From an uncultured Bacteroidota bacterium (GTDB lineage Bacteria > Bacteroidota > Bacteroidia > Chitinophagales > LD1): a stretch of DNA of 48,332 nucleotides. Below the pieces are notes generated by a model that was given only the letters and a program-made list of their open reading frames with translations, had not been told where the DNA came from and did no database searches. Position numbers and translations under genes: made by a program. This document shows, piece after piece, positions 8,753 to 18,245 of the stretch. The DNA is taken from assembly GCA_903917755.1 (NCBI GenBank), contig CAIXBT010000167.1, positions 1 to 48,332 of the forward strand, given 5' to 3'. Position 1 is the first letter of the stretch. Each line of letters opens with the position of its first letter.

Positions 8753-10678
8753 TTAAACTGTGCTATTCTCGAATAATCTCTTCCTCACCTCACGAACTAT
8801 GTTCAGAGGAGTATACTTTTCTAAAAAGCCTCTTTCGTCTACCCATGGCTTCGGCTCTGCAGCAGGTTGTGTTTCTGAAACTGTCGGTGCCTCTGCTTCA
8901 GGTGCTGTATCTTTCGGAGTGCCATTCATATTATAATTAAAAAGCTTGGCGAGTTTTTCACACATCGGCACATTAAATTCATTGCCGGTACTTTTTATTA
9001 GCTCTATCAGTTCATCTCCAGTAAACTTAGGCAAAATATAAGGCAACTCTCCTTCATTCTCATATCCTTCTATCAGCTGCTTTTTATCATACATTTTAGA
9101 CAGGCGTTGATTTTCATATTTCAAAAAGAACCCCGGGTCTATTTTATATTTTAAGACTATATCTTTTTTGCCATCAGGTTTGAGATAATAGTGTACCAGT
9201 TTCGCCTCCTGCTGAGTAAATCCTATACCAAAAGCAATTCTTGGTTTATCGGTCGTATTGGGGGGAGAACCATGAAAAGTTCGATTGTCAAAGATCAAAG
9301 CCTCACCCGCTTTCATTTCTATCAGTTGCAGATACGGGAATATAGCAAACATATGCTCTGCTATGGGAGACGGAGATTGCGGAGACGGGGAGGGGCGGAA
9401 ATTTTTGAAATAATTATGACTGCCTTTGATGACACCCATAGCACCGTTTTCCATAGTCACATCTACCAGAGGTATCCAGCAGGTGACGGAACAATGCGAT
9501 TCTTCATCTTCCACAAACGACCAATCCTGATGCACCGGCACTATACCAGTGGGATTGGGCTCTTTAATAACAAAACTGCCTACAAAGGCTTTTGCTCCTG
9601 CAAAATGGGGCTGCAACTTCGGAAGAGCTACTGCAAATAGTTTATCCAAAATGTTTTTGACGAGGCCTTTGTCCTGCTGATCCATGCTGATATGAAACCC
9701 AAATCCAGCCTCGTCTTTAAATTTCACTTCCTCATAATACTCCAATAATTGCTTCACATCGGCAGGATCCAGAGCCGGGATCTTGACATAGCCATCCCGT
9801 TTAAAATCCTCCTGGGTCTTTTCGTCCCTGAATAATGGAAGCATTTTTCTGTTTCTGGTTTCCTGATGCAAAATATGTTGTATTTGAAGTGTGCTTAATG
9901 TAGGTACAATATATTCAAATTTATCTACTACTGTGCCAAAAAGAGGCCGCTGGCCCATATTATAATACCTCTGAAAGAAATCATCGGGCATGTCAAATTT
10001 CTCCACCAAATGGTTTTTGTCATTTGCTTCTTTGTGATAATACATCAGGCTGGCATCTTTTGGGATAAGTCCATATGCTATGACCAGGCGCTCCTTTGAT
10101 GTAGTATTGAGTGCTGAAGCGTGAAGTACGGCATGGTTGAGTACGAATGCCTGTCCTGCTTTCATGGGCAGGGTGATCATATTGTCCCATAGCAGGTCCA
10201 TATCATTCTGATAAGATACTCCTATATTATTGCTACGGTATGTGTCAAAGAAACGGTGACTGCCCGGTATGACCATTATGGCGCCATTTTCCGCAGTAGT
10301 ATCTACGGTAGGTATCCAGATAGTAGCCGAATAGTATTTAGATTCATCTACTACGGTCCAGTCCTGATGTACCCCCATTCTGCCCGCTTCGCCCGGAGAT
10401 TTGCACAAAAAAGTACTGCCCAGCTTTTTAATGTCCTGAAAGGTATCAGCTATCGCCTGATGAACTATCTGCTCGGTGTGTGAGTAGATATCCCCTTTGA
10501 GATCGCTATCCGGATTGAATGCCACGGAGTAAAAACCTTTTGGTATATCGGTATAAACCTCATAAAACTTTTTTGCCACTGCCTCCGCCTGCTCAGGGCT
10601 GATGAAGTCAATAACTACATATCCATCGCGATCAAATCGCTCCTGGATTTCCTTATCCCTGAATATTACAGCACTCAT
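8753..10678 (-). CDS. Tandem two-domain PhyH-family Fe(II)/2OG dioxygenase
   Basis: Two complete repeats: FDRDGY..HQDW..PGSH..LHAS..R and FKRDGY..HQDW..KGSH..FHGS..R; Pro/Ala/Glu linker near the C-terminus. Confidence 0.88.
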   Translation of the reverse strand: MSAVIFRDKEIQERFDRDGYVVIDFISPEQAEAVAKKFYEVYTDIPKGFYSVAFNPDSDLKGDIYSHTEQIVHQAIADTFQDIKKLGSTFLCKSPGEAGRMGVHQDWTVVDESKYYSATIWIPTVDTTAENGAIMVIPGSHRFFDTYRSNNIGVSYQNDMDLLWDNMITLPMKAGQAFVLNHAVLHASALNTTSKERLVIAYGLIPKDASLMYYHKEANDKNHLVEKFDMPDDFFQRYYNMGQRPLFGTVVDKFEYIVPTLSTLQIQHILHQETRNRKMLPLFRDEKTQEDFKRDGYVKIPALDPADVKQLLEYYEEVKFKDEAGFGFHISMDQQDKGLVKNILDKLFAVALPKLQPHFAGAKAFVGSFVIKEPNPTGIVPVHQDWSFVEDEESHCSVTCWIPLVDVTMENGAMGVIKGSHNYFKNFRPSPSPQSPSPIAEHMFAIFPYLQLIEMKAGEALIFDNRTFHGSPPNTTDKPRIAFGIGFTQQEAKLVHYYLKPDGKKDIVLKYKIDPGFFLKYENQRLSKMYDKKQLIEGYENEGELPYILPKFTGDELIELIKSTGNEFNVPMCEKLAKLFNYNMNGTPKDTAPEAEAPTVSETQPAAEPKPWVDERGFLEKYTPLNIVREVRKRLFENSTV

Positions 10679-10688
10679 TGTCGTAGGA

Positions 10689-11606
10689 TTAATTAGTGAA
10701 AATGGCCTTTACTTTTTCTAACAGATTATTTGCAGATTTCTCATCGATCCTCTTTCTTGCCATCTTTTGCAAAAATTGATCGACGGTGAGCTGACTGGGG
10801 GTATAATCAAACGAACGAATTCTTTTAGCTTCCTTGGCATCCTTCCATGGATTAAACTGCATATAAAAGTCTGTATCTACCTCCAGCACTTCTATTTTGC
10901 TCATACTTTCTTTCGTATTCATATGATAATGAATAGAAGGTGCTTCTTCAGGCACTAAGATCAATTGTATAGCTAGCCTTAGTTCATCGGTTTGATTGAG
11001 TGCGGAATAATGAACGATACTATCGTCCAATATGATCGCATTGCCTGCTTTTACATTTAATGGTATCAGATAATTATTGATGATCTCATTTTTAATTCCC
11101 TCTAGCTCCCAAGATACCATAGGTCCACGAAATTCTCCAAACCGTTTGTGGCTGCGAGGGACTACCTCCAGTGTACCATTGGCTTTTGAACTATCTACCA
11201 AAGGGCACCATATAGAAACAGATGTATACTTCCACTCATCTACAAAGGCCCAATTCTGATGCAGCGGTACCTCGCCTGTGTCGGTTTTCTTTCTGATATA
11301 ATTGGCTATGATAGGACGGTAATCAGCCAGCCATTTTTGTACATGAGGCTTGAAATACTCCGTGATCACATCAAATACCGCCTGTTTGTAGGCTATGTTT
11401 TTGTCAATGAAAGTGAAATCATAGGATATTTCACAGCCCGGCATTCCGTTGTCAGCGGGGCCTAGATTGCCCCCGCTTTGAGTTATCAATTCAAAAAAAT
11501 TTCGTTTCAGATCTTCTACTTCCTTAGGTGAGATGAATGGAATCTCAACATATCCTTCTTCCTGAAATTGCTTTTCAAGAGCCTCATCTCGCATTACTGG
11601 TCTCAT
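10689..11606 (-). CDS. PhyH-family Fe(II)/2OG oxygenase with atypical HQN metal motif
   Basis: FQEEGY, PLHQNW (Asn in place of Asp), WCPLVD, PRSH, IVHYS, R. Start probably ATG 11606; the ORF is open to TTG 11639. Confidence 0.85.
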   Translation of the reverse strand: MRPVMRDEALEKQFQEEGYVEIPFISPKEVEDLKRNFFELITQSGGNLGPADNGMPGCEISYDFTFIDKNIAYKQAVFDVITEYFKPHVQKWLADYRPIIANYIRKKTDTGEVPLHQNWAFVDEWKYTSVSIWCPLVDSSKANGTLEVVPRSHKRFGEFRGPMVSWELEGIKNEIINNYLIPLNVKAGNAIILDDSIVHYSALNQTDELRLAIQLILVPEEAPSIHYHMNTKESMSKIEVLEVDTDFYMQFNPWKDAKEAKRIRSFDYTPSQLTVDQFLQKMARKRIDEKSANNLLEKVKAIFTN

Positions 11607-11642
11607 AAATTGATTTTTTATAAAATTAATCAAAAGCAAGGA

Positions 11643-12482
11643 TTAAATATAATCTGCCAGATCTGCTTCGGCAATGATAAAAATCACAATACCGGATAAG
11701 AGAAAGAAAATGGAAAAAATAATTGATGGCAGAAAAAACAAACTTGGAAAAGCATCTCCTAATATTGCCCACCGGCATCCCTGTATCACTCCTGCTATTG
11801 GATTGAAATACAGGACAAAAGAATAGTTTTTGGGGATCAGGTATACTGGATAAAAAACTGGTGTCAGCCAGATCATAAACCCGACCAATGTAGGCACAAA
11901 ATGATTGAGATCTCTATAGCGAATAGTCAGGGCGTTGAGCCAAACAGCAATTGCTGTTCCGGATATAAGCCCGATAAATATAAAAACAGGGAGAAAAAGG
12001 ATCTGCCAATGCAGGGGATAGTGTAAAAAAGCAATCAATAATAGAAGTAACATTAAGGAGACAAATACTTCTACCAATCCGACCAGTATTTTTGAGAAGA
12101 CAAGGATTATTCTGGGGAAGTATATTTTTTTGACCAGTTGCTGATTTGCGATAATTACATTACCTGCATTATTGACCATATAGCTGAAATTATTCCAGAT
12201 GATAAGGCCTGAAAAAGCAAACAGAGTATATGGATAGATCAGATCAGGGATATGCATCAACCGATCAAAAATGAAAGTAAATAAGGCAAGCACCATTAAG
12301 GGTTTCAGCACCACCCAAAAAAAGCTGAACCTGGTTTGTATATATTGCACCTTAAACTCCTGAAAGGCAAATATCGATATGAGGTTTTTATACTTCCATA
12401 TTTCATGAAGATATTCACTGATAGTGCTTCTGCCGGATCTGATGATCTTAGAGGGTTTGCTATTTTGAGATTTGTGTGCCAC
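11643..12482 (-). CDS. wzm: ABC-2 polysaccharide exporter permease (Wzm/TagG-like)
   Basis: About 6 hydrophobic segments, LVKKIYFPR, RYRD, TPVFYP, NPIAGVI..R, C-terminal ADYI. Confidence 0.88.
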   Translation of the reverse strand: MAHKSQNSKPSKIIRSGRSTISEYLHEIWKYKNLISIFAFQEFKVQYIQTRFSFFWVVLKPLMVLALFTFIFDRLMHIPDLIYPYTLFAFSGLIIWNNFSYMVNNAGNVIIANQQLVKKIYFPRIILVFSKILVGLVEVFVSLMLLLLLIAFLHYPLHWQILFLPVFIFIGLISGTAIAVWLNALTIRYRDLNHFVPTLVGFMIWLTPVFYPVYLIPKNYSFVLYFNPIAGVIQGCRWAILGDAFPSLFFLPSIIFSIFFLLSGIVIFIIAEADLADYI

Positions 12483-12488
12483 TTATTG

Positions 12489-12496
12489 CAAAGCTA
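12489..12496 (-). promoter_or_regulatory. Bacteroidota-type -7 promoter element (TAGCTTTG) immediately upstream of wzm
   Basis: TAnnTTTG match on the minus strand, 7 nt from the GTG start (near-leaderless if that start is right). Confidence 0.45.
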
Positions 12497-12738
12497 TTAA
12501 AATTACCATTGCATGTCATTGGGGTAATTTAAGAAATATTTATACTCCTTAAAAGCTTTGAGAGAACATGTTATTCTGCACAACAATATGATTGTCGATC
12601 TGTCAAATGAAAGTTTTATCAGACACCCCCTTTAAATCATTTCAAATTTTTAATTAAAAAGCCCTAATGGATTTTTATATTTAAACATTATTTAGACCCG
12701 CTATTTATACTAATTCTTTAACTTCTAATTATCTGAAT

Positions 12739-13518
12739 ATGACTGATCAAAAATTTACTTGGCCCAAGGGAGAGGAATTGGTTTATTTAAGACCACCTAA
12801 AGAGGAATATCATGGGAATTTGCCGAATTTTTATCCGTCAGAGATGTTTCATGAGCTTGATATCCTTAAAGAAAATTGGGAGGCACTGAGAGATGAGATC
12901 ATTGCCTATGAAAAAGAAAAAGGAGAAATCGAAGGTATTGATTCCTATTCCCCGGCAGATACAAGAGGGACATGGAGCACTGTCAATTTGGTGAGTTATG
13001 GCGTGTTTTTTCACAAAAACAGAAAGAAGTTTCCTTTGCTGACCAAATTGACCGATCAGATACCCAGTTGCACTACCGTTACGATCAGCATTCTGCATCC
13101 TTTTACAGAGATCAAGCCACACTATGGAGATACCAATGGGGTAATCCGGGCACATCTTGGATTGATAGTACCTGATGCCTATCCGACAGTCGGAATGCGG
13201 GTGGGGGACGAAGAACAAGGTTGGAAGGAAGGCGAATTGTTATTTTTCACGATAGTGAACCGGCACCATGTTTGGAGTAAATCAGCTAAAAAACGATATC
13301 TTCTCCTTATTGATTTTGTTCCGGAGCTACTAAAAGACAAACAGGCTGAGATATGCTCAAAAACATTGGGTAGCCAGACCTATATATTTTTGTACAAAAG
13401 AATTTCTTTGTTCAGGCATCTTCCTGAGTCCATTGCAAATTTTATGTGCTTTAGTTTTTCCGTCTTATGGAGAGTATTGTTGCCTATCCAAAGGAAAGTA
13501 AAATGGAGTTTGATATAA
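12739..13518 (+). CDS. Aspartyl/asparaginyl beta-hydroxylase (AspH/LpxO family) Fe(II)/2OG oxygenase
   Basis: LKENWEALRDE, PHYGDTNGVIRAHLGL, W.EGE...H.VW...R..L..D. Confidence 0.85.
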   Translation: MTDQKFTWPKGEELVYLRPPKEEYHGNLPNFYPSEMFHELDILKENWEALRDEIIAYEKEKGEIEGIDSYSPADTRGTWSTVNLVSYGVFFHKNRKKFPLLTKLTDQIPSCTTVTISILHPFTEIKPHYGDTNGVIRAHLGLIVPDAYPTVGMRVGDEEQGWKEGELLFFTIVNRHHVWSKSAKKRYLLLIDFVPELLKDKQAEICSKTLGSQTYIFLYKRISLFRHLPESIANFMCFSFSVLWRVLLPIQRKVKWSLI

Positions 13519-13665
13519 TATCTGATTTAGTGATGATAAAGACAATTGTCTGAAGAGGTGATTTACTCTGCAATTGCTCATCATGGCTTTATACTTATTA
13601 AGTAGCCTCAATGCCATTGAAATAGGAAATCTTTCTTTACCTTCGTAATAATTACAAAATATACG

Positions 13666-15213
13666 ATGAAGATTTGCTTGATTAATCCTTCACGATTAAT
13701 GAAACCGATGAGTGCTACAATGAAGCCATCACCTTCATTGGGTTTGGCATTCATAGCCGGCGCACTAAAAAGAGAAGGACATCTGATTCAGATCATTGAT
13801 TCTCTCGCTGAAGCACCCGATCAGTATATTGCATTTAAAAATGACATCGTACTAAATGGTTTGTCAGAAACAGAGATTGCAGATCTCATAGAACCAGATA
13901 CGGAGGTGATAGGTCTGAGCTTAATGTTTAGCGGCAACTGGCTTCATAATCGTATATTAATTGACTATTTGGGCAGGCGTTTTCCTGCTGCTAGGATATT
14001 GGCAGGAGGCGAACATCTCTCTGCTGCTCCGGAGATGTGTATTGAGCAAACCAGGAGTTTAGAGATTTGTATCTGCGGAGAAGGAGAAGAAACCGTAGTA
14101 GAAGTTGTAAAAGCTGTAGAATCAAGAGGGGATCTTTCGCAGATTCCGGGGATTGTATACCGAAATGAAGATGATACTCCCACCAGGACCCCAACAAAAA
14201 AGAGAATAAGGGAAGTAGAAGATATAGCCTGGCCAGCATGGGAGCTGTTTCCACTGGAAAAATACAAACAACACGGCATCATCTATGGAGTCGACAGAAA
14301 CGTATATTCACTGCCGCTCATGGCTACCAGAGGCTGTCCATACGAATGTACTTTTTGCAGTAGTCCGCAAATGTGGGGTACACGGTACTTCATGCGCAGC
14401 CCACAGGATGTGGTCAATGAAATAGTTTTTTTTAGAAATAAATTCAAAGTCACCAATTTTGATTTTTATGACCTCACTGCCATCATCCAGAAAAAGTGGA
14501 TCATTGATTTTGCAAAAGAGGTGATTGATAGAGAACTCAACATCACCTGGCAGATACCGGCAGGAACAAGATCCGAAGTCATTGATCAGGAAGTAGCCTA
14601 CTACTTATATCGGTCAGGCTGCAGAAACATCACTTATGCTCCCGAAAGCGGCTCAGAGGAAACACTGCGACTAATAAAGAAAAAAGTGTCTTTGTCGAAG
14701 ATGCTTGACTCCATAGGCTTTTCTAGCAAGGAGCACATGAATATTAAAATAAACATGATCATTGGATTCCCCAGCGAAAAGCATAGAAACATATGGAAAA
14801 CCATGTGGTTTTTGGTCAAAGCAAGCTGGTACGGAGCGAATGATATGGCCCCATCTATATTTTCTCCTTATCCGGGAAGCGAGCTTTTTAATACATTAAG
14901 CAAGGAGGGTAAAATAGACATGAATGATGATGAATTCTTTTATCAAATCATTTATGTAGATACATTTTTCAAAAATTCATTTTATAATAACGAGATCAAT
15001 ACGTATACACTAAGGTTTTACCTCATAAGCTATTTGGCCATTTTTTATATCTCCAATTTTATTTTCCATCCTACTCGTATCTTAAAAACCATGCAAAATT
15101 TATTGACCCGCAACTATGAATCACGGGCAGAAATGGCTTTGGGAGAATTGATCAAACGATCAAAAATAAAAATCAAGCAAACCGAAAAATCAACTATCGA
15201 ATCTCTCATCTAA
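13666..15213 (+). CDS. Cobalamin-binding radical SAM enzyme, paralog group A
   Basis: PSLGLAFIAGAL, TRGCPYECTFCSSPQMWG, FYDLTAI, PAGTRSE, YAPESG, PYPGS. Confidence 0.92.
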   Translation: MKICLINPSRLMKPMSATMKPSPSLGLAFIAGALKREGHLIQIIDSLAEAPDQYIAFKNDIVLNGLSETEIADLIEPDTEVIGLSLMFSGNWLHNRILIDYLGRRFPAARILAGGEHLSAAPEMCIEQTRSLEICICGEGEETVVEVVKAVESRGDLSQIPGIVYRNEDDTPTRTPTKKRIREVEDIAWPAWELFPLEKYKQHGIIYGVDRNVYSLPLMATRGCPYECTFCSSPQMWGTRYFMRSPQDVVNEIVFFRNKFKVTNFDFYDLTAIIQKKWIIDFAKEVIDRELNITWQIPAGTRSEVIDQEVAYYLYRSGCRNITYAPESGSEETLRLIKKKVSLSKMLDSIGFSSKEHMNIKINMIIGFPSEKHRNIWKTMWFLVKASWYGANDMAPSIFSPYPGSELFNTLSKEGKIDMNDDEFFYQIIYVDTFFKNSFYNNEINTYTLRFYLISYLAIFYISNFIFHPTRILKTMQNLLTRNYESRAEMALGELIKRSKIKIKQTEKSTIESLI

Positions 15214-15217
15214 GATC

Positions 15218-15982
15218 ATGAATCAGGCAACAGTAAAAATAGAACCAGCAGAATACTTTCTCAAAGAGGAAACGTATATCGGAAATCATGACTACTTTTA
15301 CAATACGGAGGAATACCCAGCCATCAAAGAGCTTGAGTCCAACTCTCACATTATTATGGAGGAATTAATGCCCCTGCTCTCAGGAGTTGAAGAAATGAAA
15401 GTGAAGAATTTCAATCCTCCATATCTCTCCTCTCCCAATGCCTGGAAAAATTTATATTTCTATAACTTTGGATGGCAAAATCATGAAACCTGTGATCGAT
15501 TTCCCAAGACCCATGCTTTGTTGAAAGCTATTCCCAATATGACATTTGGAGGGATCACCGTTTTAGAGCCACATTCACGGGTCTTGCCACACAATGGAGA
15601 AACCAACACGATCATAAGGTGTCATTTAGGTCTGAAAATTCCTGCACCTTACCCTGTCTGCGGAATAAAAGTCGGGAATGAAGAGCGCGGGTGGGAAGAA
15701 GGCAAGGTGGTAATGTTTAGCGATGCTCACTATCATACTGTATGGAACGATAGTGACAAACGAAGGTTTATCATTGTCTTTGATATCGTGAGAAATGAAT
15801 ATGCAGATCAGAAACATCTGGTATGCGCCAATGTACTTGGGGCCCTTTCTTTAAAATTCTTTTACGCCAAAATGCCTGCGTTAAAGAAACTGCCTCTTCC
15901 TATTATCCAAACAGTACATTTATTTTTGAAGTCCTTGTGGTATGTCTATCTACCCTTGCAAAATCGTTTCCGTTTACCATAA
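15218..15982 (+). CDS. AspH/LpxO-family beta-hydroxylase
   Basis: FPKT..LL..IP, PHNGETNTIIRCHLGL, WEEGK..F.D...H.VWN...R. Confidence 0.87.
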   Translation: MNQATVKIEPAEYFLKEETYIGNHDYFYNTEEYPAIKELESNSHIIMEELMPLLSGVEEMKVKNFNPPYLSSPNAWKNLYFYNFGWQNHETCDRFPKTHALLKAIPNMTFGGITVLEPHSRVLPHNGETNTIIRCHLGLKIPAPYPVCGIKVGNEERGWEEGKVVMFSDAHYHTVWNDSDKRRFIIVFDIVRNEYADQKHLVCANVLGALSLKFFYAKMPALKKLPLPIIQTVHLFLKSLWYVYLPLQNRFRLP

Positions 15983-16127
15983 CACTATTTGATAAGTTAG
16001 TATATATATTTGTCATCAACCTGCTTGTATAATTAAGAATGTCCCTGATTTAATCTGCCTCGGGATATTGGCAAGAAATTATATTGCTTTTTTCCTAATT
16101 TTGGTTGCTCACCATCAAAAATAAGAT

Positions 16128-16907
16128 ATGTCTGCCGATCCAATAGCCATGCCTCAAAAAGAGGAGTTGGTTGCTCTTATCCGCGATCAAAGATATGAAG
16201 GCAATCTTCCCCGTTTTTTTTCACCTGAACACTTTCCTGAATTAGAGATATTGCGGTCTAACTGGAAAGGGATCAGGGATGAAATACTGAATTTCGAAAA
16301 GCAAAACGGAGAGATCATGGGACTTAATTCTAACCCATATGTCGCCCCTCAGTTTGAAGGAATAAATTGGAGTAATATTTTTCTTGAGAACTTTACTATC
16401 AGACATCATAAAAACAGAAAGAAATTTCCTTTTTTATCTTCACTCATTGATCAGATACCTAATTGTACATTTGCAGTAATAAGTATTTTATCACCTCATA
16501 CTGTCATCAAGCCCCATTACGGAGATACAAATGGAATAGTCAGAGGCCACCTTGGCTTGATTATTCCCGATTCCCTTCCTGGATGTGGCATTAAGGTTGG
16601 TGATGAAGAGCAGGGATGGGTAGAGGGCGAATGGACGCTTTTCACTGAAGCATATCTGCATGGAAGCTGGAACCATACAAGTCAAAAACGATATCTGATC
16701 GTAGTAGACATAGTTCCTAAGTTTATGGGTGTAAAATTAATAACTGCATGTACGAAACTGCTCGGAGCACAATCGTTTAATTACCTGGAGAATCGTTTCC
16801 CTATATTCAAAAAAATCCCCGATACATCCGTACCTATTCTAACCTTTTTGATAGCTCTGGGCTGGAGGTTATATCTTCCTTTACAAAGGCGGATATGGTT
16901 TCTTTAA
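16128..16907 (+). CDS. AspH/LpxO-family beta-hydroxylase
   Basis: LRSNWKGIRDE, PHYGDTNGIVRGHLGL, H.SWN...R; close paralog of 12739..13518. Confidence 0.85.
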   Translation: MSADPIAMPQKEELVALIRDQRYEGNLPRFFSPEHFPELEILRSNWKGIRDEILNFEKQNGEIMGLNSNPYVAPQFEGINWSNIFLENFTIRHHKNRKKFPFLSSLIDQIPNCTFAVISILSPHTVIKPHYGDTNGIVRGHLGLIIPDSLPGCGIKVGDEEQGWVEGEWTLFTEAYLHGSWNHTSQKRYLIVVDIVPKFMGVKLITACTKLLGAQSFNYLENRFPIFKKIPDTSVPILTFLIALGWRLYLPLQRRIWFL

Positions 16908-17031
16908 AATTAATAGAGTATCGGCACTTTTCATTCCGCACAAGATGTGAGAGGTATATCAGGATTTAAAAAAAATCAATTCAGGAAGATCCACGCCTAA
17001 AAAATCAATAAAACGGAGTTGGACAGTCTTT

Positions 17032-18204
17032 TTAATATAGTTTGATTCTTTTTTGAAAAGAATAGATAATGGTAGAATCTGGGAGCCAGTATTGAGATTT
17101 TTCGCCCCCCCTGATTTTTAATTCTAACGCTCCATTATTTCGGGAAACTTTGATATTGGAGATAGTATCAAAAATTGATTTGCCATCAAGAGGCAGACTG
17201 ATTCCACTAATTCCCGGCAATGCTTTATATCCTCGAGATTGCATATTCAGATTATACGCATCACGACCATTGAGACGTATTTCACTTTTGCCTAAAACTT
17301 TTCCCAGACCATCGATCACTTCAAAATATACGATTGGTTCTATGAATACAACGATCGGATGAGGAAGTTTAGTATTTCTCCACTGGATTATCACTTTCTG
17401 CGAAGTCGTATCATATCTTGCTGTAATGTCATCCATTATTTTCAGGTGTTCAGGTTGGGGATGGTCCTTGTCATCATGTCTCCAATATATATAATGTACC
17501 CCCTTGCCCTTATCGTCATATTGCTGGTGGCATGACAGGCAGTCTGAACTCTTGATTTCAGGCATTTTTACCATTCCTTTATATTCCTCAAAATGGCAAG
17601 TAATGCAGGTATTACTCCGTGAAAAGAGAACCGATCCTTTCGGATTGCAATATGGGGGAGAAGATCTAGGGGCTTTTGGTACAAAATCAAAATTGGTTAT
17701 TACCCGATTGCCATCATAATGACAACTAAGGCAATCGATACCTGTGATAAAGCTATCTTTATTTGCTTTTCTGATGGGTGGTCTTTTATCTGCATGATCC
17801 TCCAGATAAACCCTAAATGAGTCTTGATTTTCAGGAATGGACGTTAAAATTTTTTTATACTGATCATCGCCCGCATGACAATTTATACACGTCCCCCTAT
17901 TTTGATTGATATAAAATTTATAATCTGCATCATCATATTGTTTGCTATCGACATATGCAAGGTGCTTTTGAAGCATAAAAAAAGCATTTCCATGAGGCCC
18001 CTTCATTTCATTTTCATATTCTTTTATATGACAGCTGCCACACGTTTTTACCTGTTCTGCTCTGGGAAGGCTATTGAAGGAGTCTATCAAATGATGGGCG
18101 GCTATATCCTCTTTCCTGTTTTCTGAGACCTTATTGCGATATAGGTAGGTCAACGATATAAGAAGTAAAAGCAGAAAAATAGATATTATATAAAATTTTT
18201 TCAC
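17032..18204 (-). CDS. Membrane-anchored or exported pentaheme c-type cytochrome
   Basis: Five CxxCH motifs (CGSCH, CINCH, CLSCH, CITCH, CLSCH) after an N-terminal hydrophobic segment; start probably GTG 18204. Confidence 0.85.
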   Translation of the reverse strand: MKKFYIISIFLLLLLISLTYLYRNKVSENRKEDIAAHHLIDSFNSLPRAEQVKTCGSCHIKEYENEMKGPHGNAFFMLQKHLAYVDSKQYDDADYKFYINQNRGTCINCHAGDDQYKKILTSIPENQDSFRVYLEDHADKRPPIRKANKDSFITGIDCLSCHYDGNRVITNFDFVPKAPRSSPPYCNPKGSVLFSRSNTCITCHFEEYKGMVKMPEIKSSDCLSCHQQYDDKGKGVHYIYWRHDDKDHPQPEHLKIMDDITARYDTTSQKVIIQWRNTKLPHPIVVFIEPIVYFEVIDGLGKVLGKSEIRLNGRDAYNLNMQSRGYKALPGISGISLPLDGKSIFDTISNIKVSRNNGALELKIRGGEKSQYWLPDSTIIYSFQKRIKLY

Positions 18205-18245
18205 GCAGCAAATTATAAAACACAAAATTGACCGTTAAGCTAAGC

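Noticed and set aside
12739-16907. HxG motifs (HYG, HNG, HYG) in the three AspH-like proteins as a halogenase signature
   Set aside because: HxG is the normal AspH-family motif (two-His iron binding), so it does not indicate halogenation
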